From the IMG/VR virus record IMGVR_UViG_3300045988_107423: 15,726 bases of DNA. One strand, written 5' to 3'. Positions 14,168 to 15,726 of the stretch are shown here, piece by piece (position 1 is the stretch's first letter; every line of letters begins with the position of its first letter). A program made the position numbers and the translations under genes. Source of the stretch: a virus. The notes below the pieces were generated by a model, which saw only the letters and a program-made list of their open reading frames with translations, made no database searches and was not told the DNA's origin.

Positions 14168-14632
14168 TTATAAAATATTAAATACTTTCCATGTGAAATC
14201 TGAAAAGTGCTCTGCTATGAATGATACAGAAGATAAGAAAAGATATAGTAAAAATGTTGCCATAATTATAACTGATAAGATTCCCAAAAAAGATGATATT
14301 TTTTCTAATTTGGTAAATGACTCTTTTTCTTCTGTAGTTGTATGCCTTGCTATCCATTCTGTAGGAGTTTCATGCAATGTTTCACGTGAAACATTATCTG
14401 AATCGATTTTATGATTTTGAAATGTCTCTATATAGTCTTTATTTCCCTTAGTATCAATGGTATAGGCTTCTCCATCAAAACCCACATAAATGTTTTTATT
14501 AGTATACAAATTTTCTACCCAGTAGGGTTCGTCTACAAATAAGGCTATGTAGTTGTTTAGTGAGTTTTCAGTGTGAAAGTCGTGTATTTCTACACCAAAA
14601 TCTGTGATATTATGTAATCTGTATTTAATCAT
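14168..14632 (-). CDS. Early membrane protein, C-terminally anchored (154 aa)
   Basis: ATG 14632 overlaps the upstream stop (ATGATTAA). There is a single hydrophobic helix near the C-terminus (ISSFLGILSVIIMATFLLYLFLSSVSFIA). The gene contains parS copy E. Function is unknown; a role in membrane localisation of replication, like phi29 p1 or p16.7, is speculation. Confidence 0.5.
   Translation of the reverse strand: MIKYRLHNITDFGVEIHDFHTENSLNNYIALFVDEPYWVENLYTNKNIYVGFDGEAYTIDTKGNKDYIETFQNHKIDSDNVSRETLHETPTEWIARHTTTEEKESFTKLEKISSFLGILSVIIMATFLLYLFLSSVSFIAEHFSDFTWKVFNIL
14376..14395. promoter_or_regulatory. parS: Perfect parS-consensus palindrome, copy E (intragenic)
   Basis: AATGTTTCACGTGAAACATT, with the 16-bp core at 14378-14393. 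It lies inside the membrane-protein CDS and encodes N-V-S-R-E-T-L. Confidence 0.7.
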
Positions 14633-15050
14633 TTTTACCTCTCCTTAAAAATCTTGAATAATATCTTGTTCCCCATATATTGTCTATAGAATTTAAAATA
14701 ACCTCATATTTACTATAGTCTACGTCATTAATTTGTTGACATAATGTTGCTACTCTGCCCCATTGAATATGAAAACTATCTCTAGCATTATCATATAAAC
14801 CCCCTAACACATCTTTAAAAAATTCAATTAATTCTACACTAATACTTGTACTAAATATATATAATTCATCTTTAATATAAAAACAATAACAAGTATTATC
14901 TATTGAAACCGTAACAATAGAATCTTTAGTGCTATACCTCTGCACTATTGTTAATAAGGTTTCGTCTGTGCATAACGCCTCACTTCTAACTATGTGCCCT
15001 GTATTAGAATTAATTACAACGACTTTAACTCTATTAATTTCTTCGTTCAT
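14625..15050 (-). CDS. Hypothetical early protein (141 aa)
   Basis: ATG 15050 has an AAAGGAGGT RBS. The ORF is tightly packed and no motif was recognised. Confidence 0.7.
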   Translation of the reverse strand: MNEEINRVKVVVINSNTGHIVRSEALCTDETLLTIVQRYSTKDSIVTVSIDNTCYCFYIKDELYIFSTSISVELIEFFKDVLGGLYDNARDSFHIQWGRVATLCQQINDVDYSKYEVILNSIDNIWGTRYYSRFLRRGKND

Positions 15051-15065
15051 TTTTATACCTCCTTT

Positions 15066-15365
15066 TTAACATAAATCATCTATACTATTATTAACAAACT
15101 CTAATTTCTCACATACAAATTTCTTACAATATAATCTACCATCACTTGTTACAATAAAAATATCACTAATATGTGTAGACGCATCTTCGATAAAATATAC
15201 AATCACGTCAAATAATTTATCGTCTAATGATAATGTTGTGTGCAATGTCTCATTTGCTTTATCTTTTAAATAATCAATAAAACCATCAACAGTGCTAGAC
15301 TTCATAATATCACAAAGTTCCTTACCAAAGCTATCCCATATTTTTTCGTCATATTTAATCTTCAT
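15066..15365 (-). CDS. Hypothetical early protein (99 aa, acidic)
   Basis: ATG 15365 has an AAAGGAGGAA RBS (15372-15381). No motif was recognised. Confidence 0.7.
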   Translation of the reverse strand: MKIKYDEKIWDSFGKELCDIMKSSTVDGFIDYLKDKANETLHTTLSLDDKLFDVIVYFIEDASTHISDIFIVTSDGRLYCKKFVCEKLEFVNNSIDDLC

Positions 15366-15367
15366 TT

Positions 15368-15586
15368 TTATTCCTCCTTTTCATAGTATCTTTTTTCCCA
15401 ACAAGCATATAATTCACGTAGTCTGTTTTCTTCATTATCTCGCTCTATATCTGTAAAGTCTGATAACTCTAAATAGGCTGATATCCTACCCATTTGCATT
15501 ATGAAAGCTACTAAAGCTTTATCATACTTCCCTAACTCAATGTCTTGTTTAAATGTGTCATAAAATAATTGATACTTTTCATTCAT
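15368..15586 (-). CDS. Hypothetical early protein (72 aa, acidic and helical)
   Basis: ATG 15586 has an AAGGAGGGAA RBS. It is the first gene downstream of the right-end promoter. Confidence 0.7.
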   Translation of the reverse strand: MNEKYQLFYDTFKQDIELGKYDKALVAFIMQMGRISAYLELSDFTDIERDNEENRLRELYACWEKRYYEKEE

Positions 15587-15633
15587 TATTTTTTCCCTCC
15601 TTATATTTACTAGGTTTCCTTGTTTCTATAATT

Positions 15634-15662
15634 ATAATACCACACGCCTGTTCGTTTGTCAA
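15634..15662 (-). promoter_or_regulatory. Right-end early promoter (sigma-A type)
   Basis: On the minus strand: TTGACA (15657-15662), 17-bp spacer, TGgTATTAT (-10 at 15634-15639, part of TATTATAAT). It lies just inside the right ITR and upstream of the first gene. Confidence 0.65.
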
Positions 15663-15676
15663 GTATTTTTTCGTGC

Positions 15677-15726
15677 TTTTTTAATCAAAAGGGGGTCGTG
15701 GTCTCATTGGGAATAACGAAAGCCCT
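15677..15726. repeat. Right inverted terminal repeat (ITR)
   Basis: Exact reverse complement of 1-50. Confidence 0.95.

Larger units (their letters stand above)
1..15726 (-). mobile_element. Complete linear genome of a phi29-like podophage with protein-primed replication; all genes on the minus strand
   Basis: Both window ends are exact inverted repeats. The gene set is terminal protein, protein-primed PolB, gp16-like ATPase, scaffold, capsid, gp9-like knob, gp10-like portal, lower collar and a lysis cassette. Size is typical of this phage group. Confidence 0.85.

Noticed and set aside
405-14414. All plus-strand ORFs in the track: 405-698, 2291-2488, 5866-6123, 6574-6822, 6914-7165, 8893-9201, 11008-11193 and 14193-14414.
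   Set aside because: Each lies antisense to a well-supported minus-strand gene, lacks a convincing RBS, and has the low-complexity Leu/Ser/Phe-rich composition typical of antisense reading of AT-rich genes.
1-15726. Search for tRNA genes, CRISPR arrays, integrase or repressor (lysogeny) genes, transposase or IS elements, and toxin-antitoxin pairs.
   Set aside because: No cloverleaf-like sequences, no spaced direct repeats, and no ORF with recombinase, transposase or Cro/CI-like motifs were seen. The AbrB/MazE-like ORF has no adjacent toxin-like partner. Exact ITRs at both window ends argue for a free linear genome, not a prophage or a circular permutation.

Overview
The window appears to be a complete 15,726-bp linear genome of a small phi29-like podophage that replicates by protein priming, from a low-GC Gram-positive host. 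It is bounded by perfect 50-bp inverted terminal repeats (ITRs). All credible genes lie on the minus strand, about 21 tightly packed and often translationally coupled. Reading right to left, there are three small orphan early genes, a tail-anchored membrane protein, an AbrB-like regulator, a terminal protein and a type-B DNA polymerase. A p6-like and a p5-like DNA-binding protein follow, then an intrinsic terminator and the gp16-like packaging ATPase. Next comes a 254-bp non-coding gap, then holin, GH25 endolysin and a tail-associated lysin. The window ends with scaffold, major capsid, a small orphan, gp9-like tail knob, gp10-like portal, lower collar and two tail-fibre or appendage proteins. 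Two observations stand out. (1) The 20-bp palindrome AATGTTTCACGTGAAACATT occurs five times identically, and its inner 16 bp match the bacterial chromosomal parS (ParB/Spo0J-binding) consensus exactly. Two 14/16 sites sit beside perfect copies, the phage encodes no ParB, and four of the five perfect copies lie at promoters, a terminator or ribosome-binding sites. (2) The gap after the ATPase gene holds the best sigma-A-type promoter in the window, driving a roughly 110-155 nt structured, non-coding transcript. Its architecture resembles phi29 packaging RNA (pRNA): a helix pairing the 5' and 3' ends, a 9-bp helix, a 9-nt bulge, and a 5-nt match to that bulge in the unpaired U-rich segment after the 9-bp helix. 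No tRNA, CRISPR array, integrase or lysogeny module was seen. All functional calls come from reading motifs and synteny by eye; no database search was possible.
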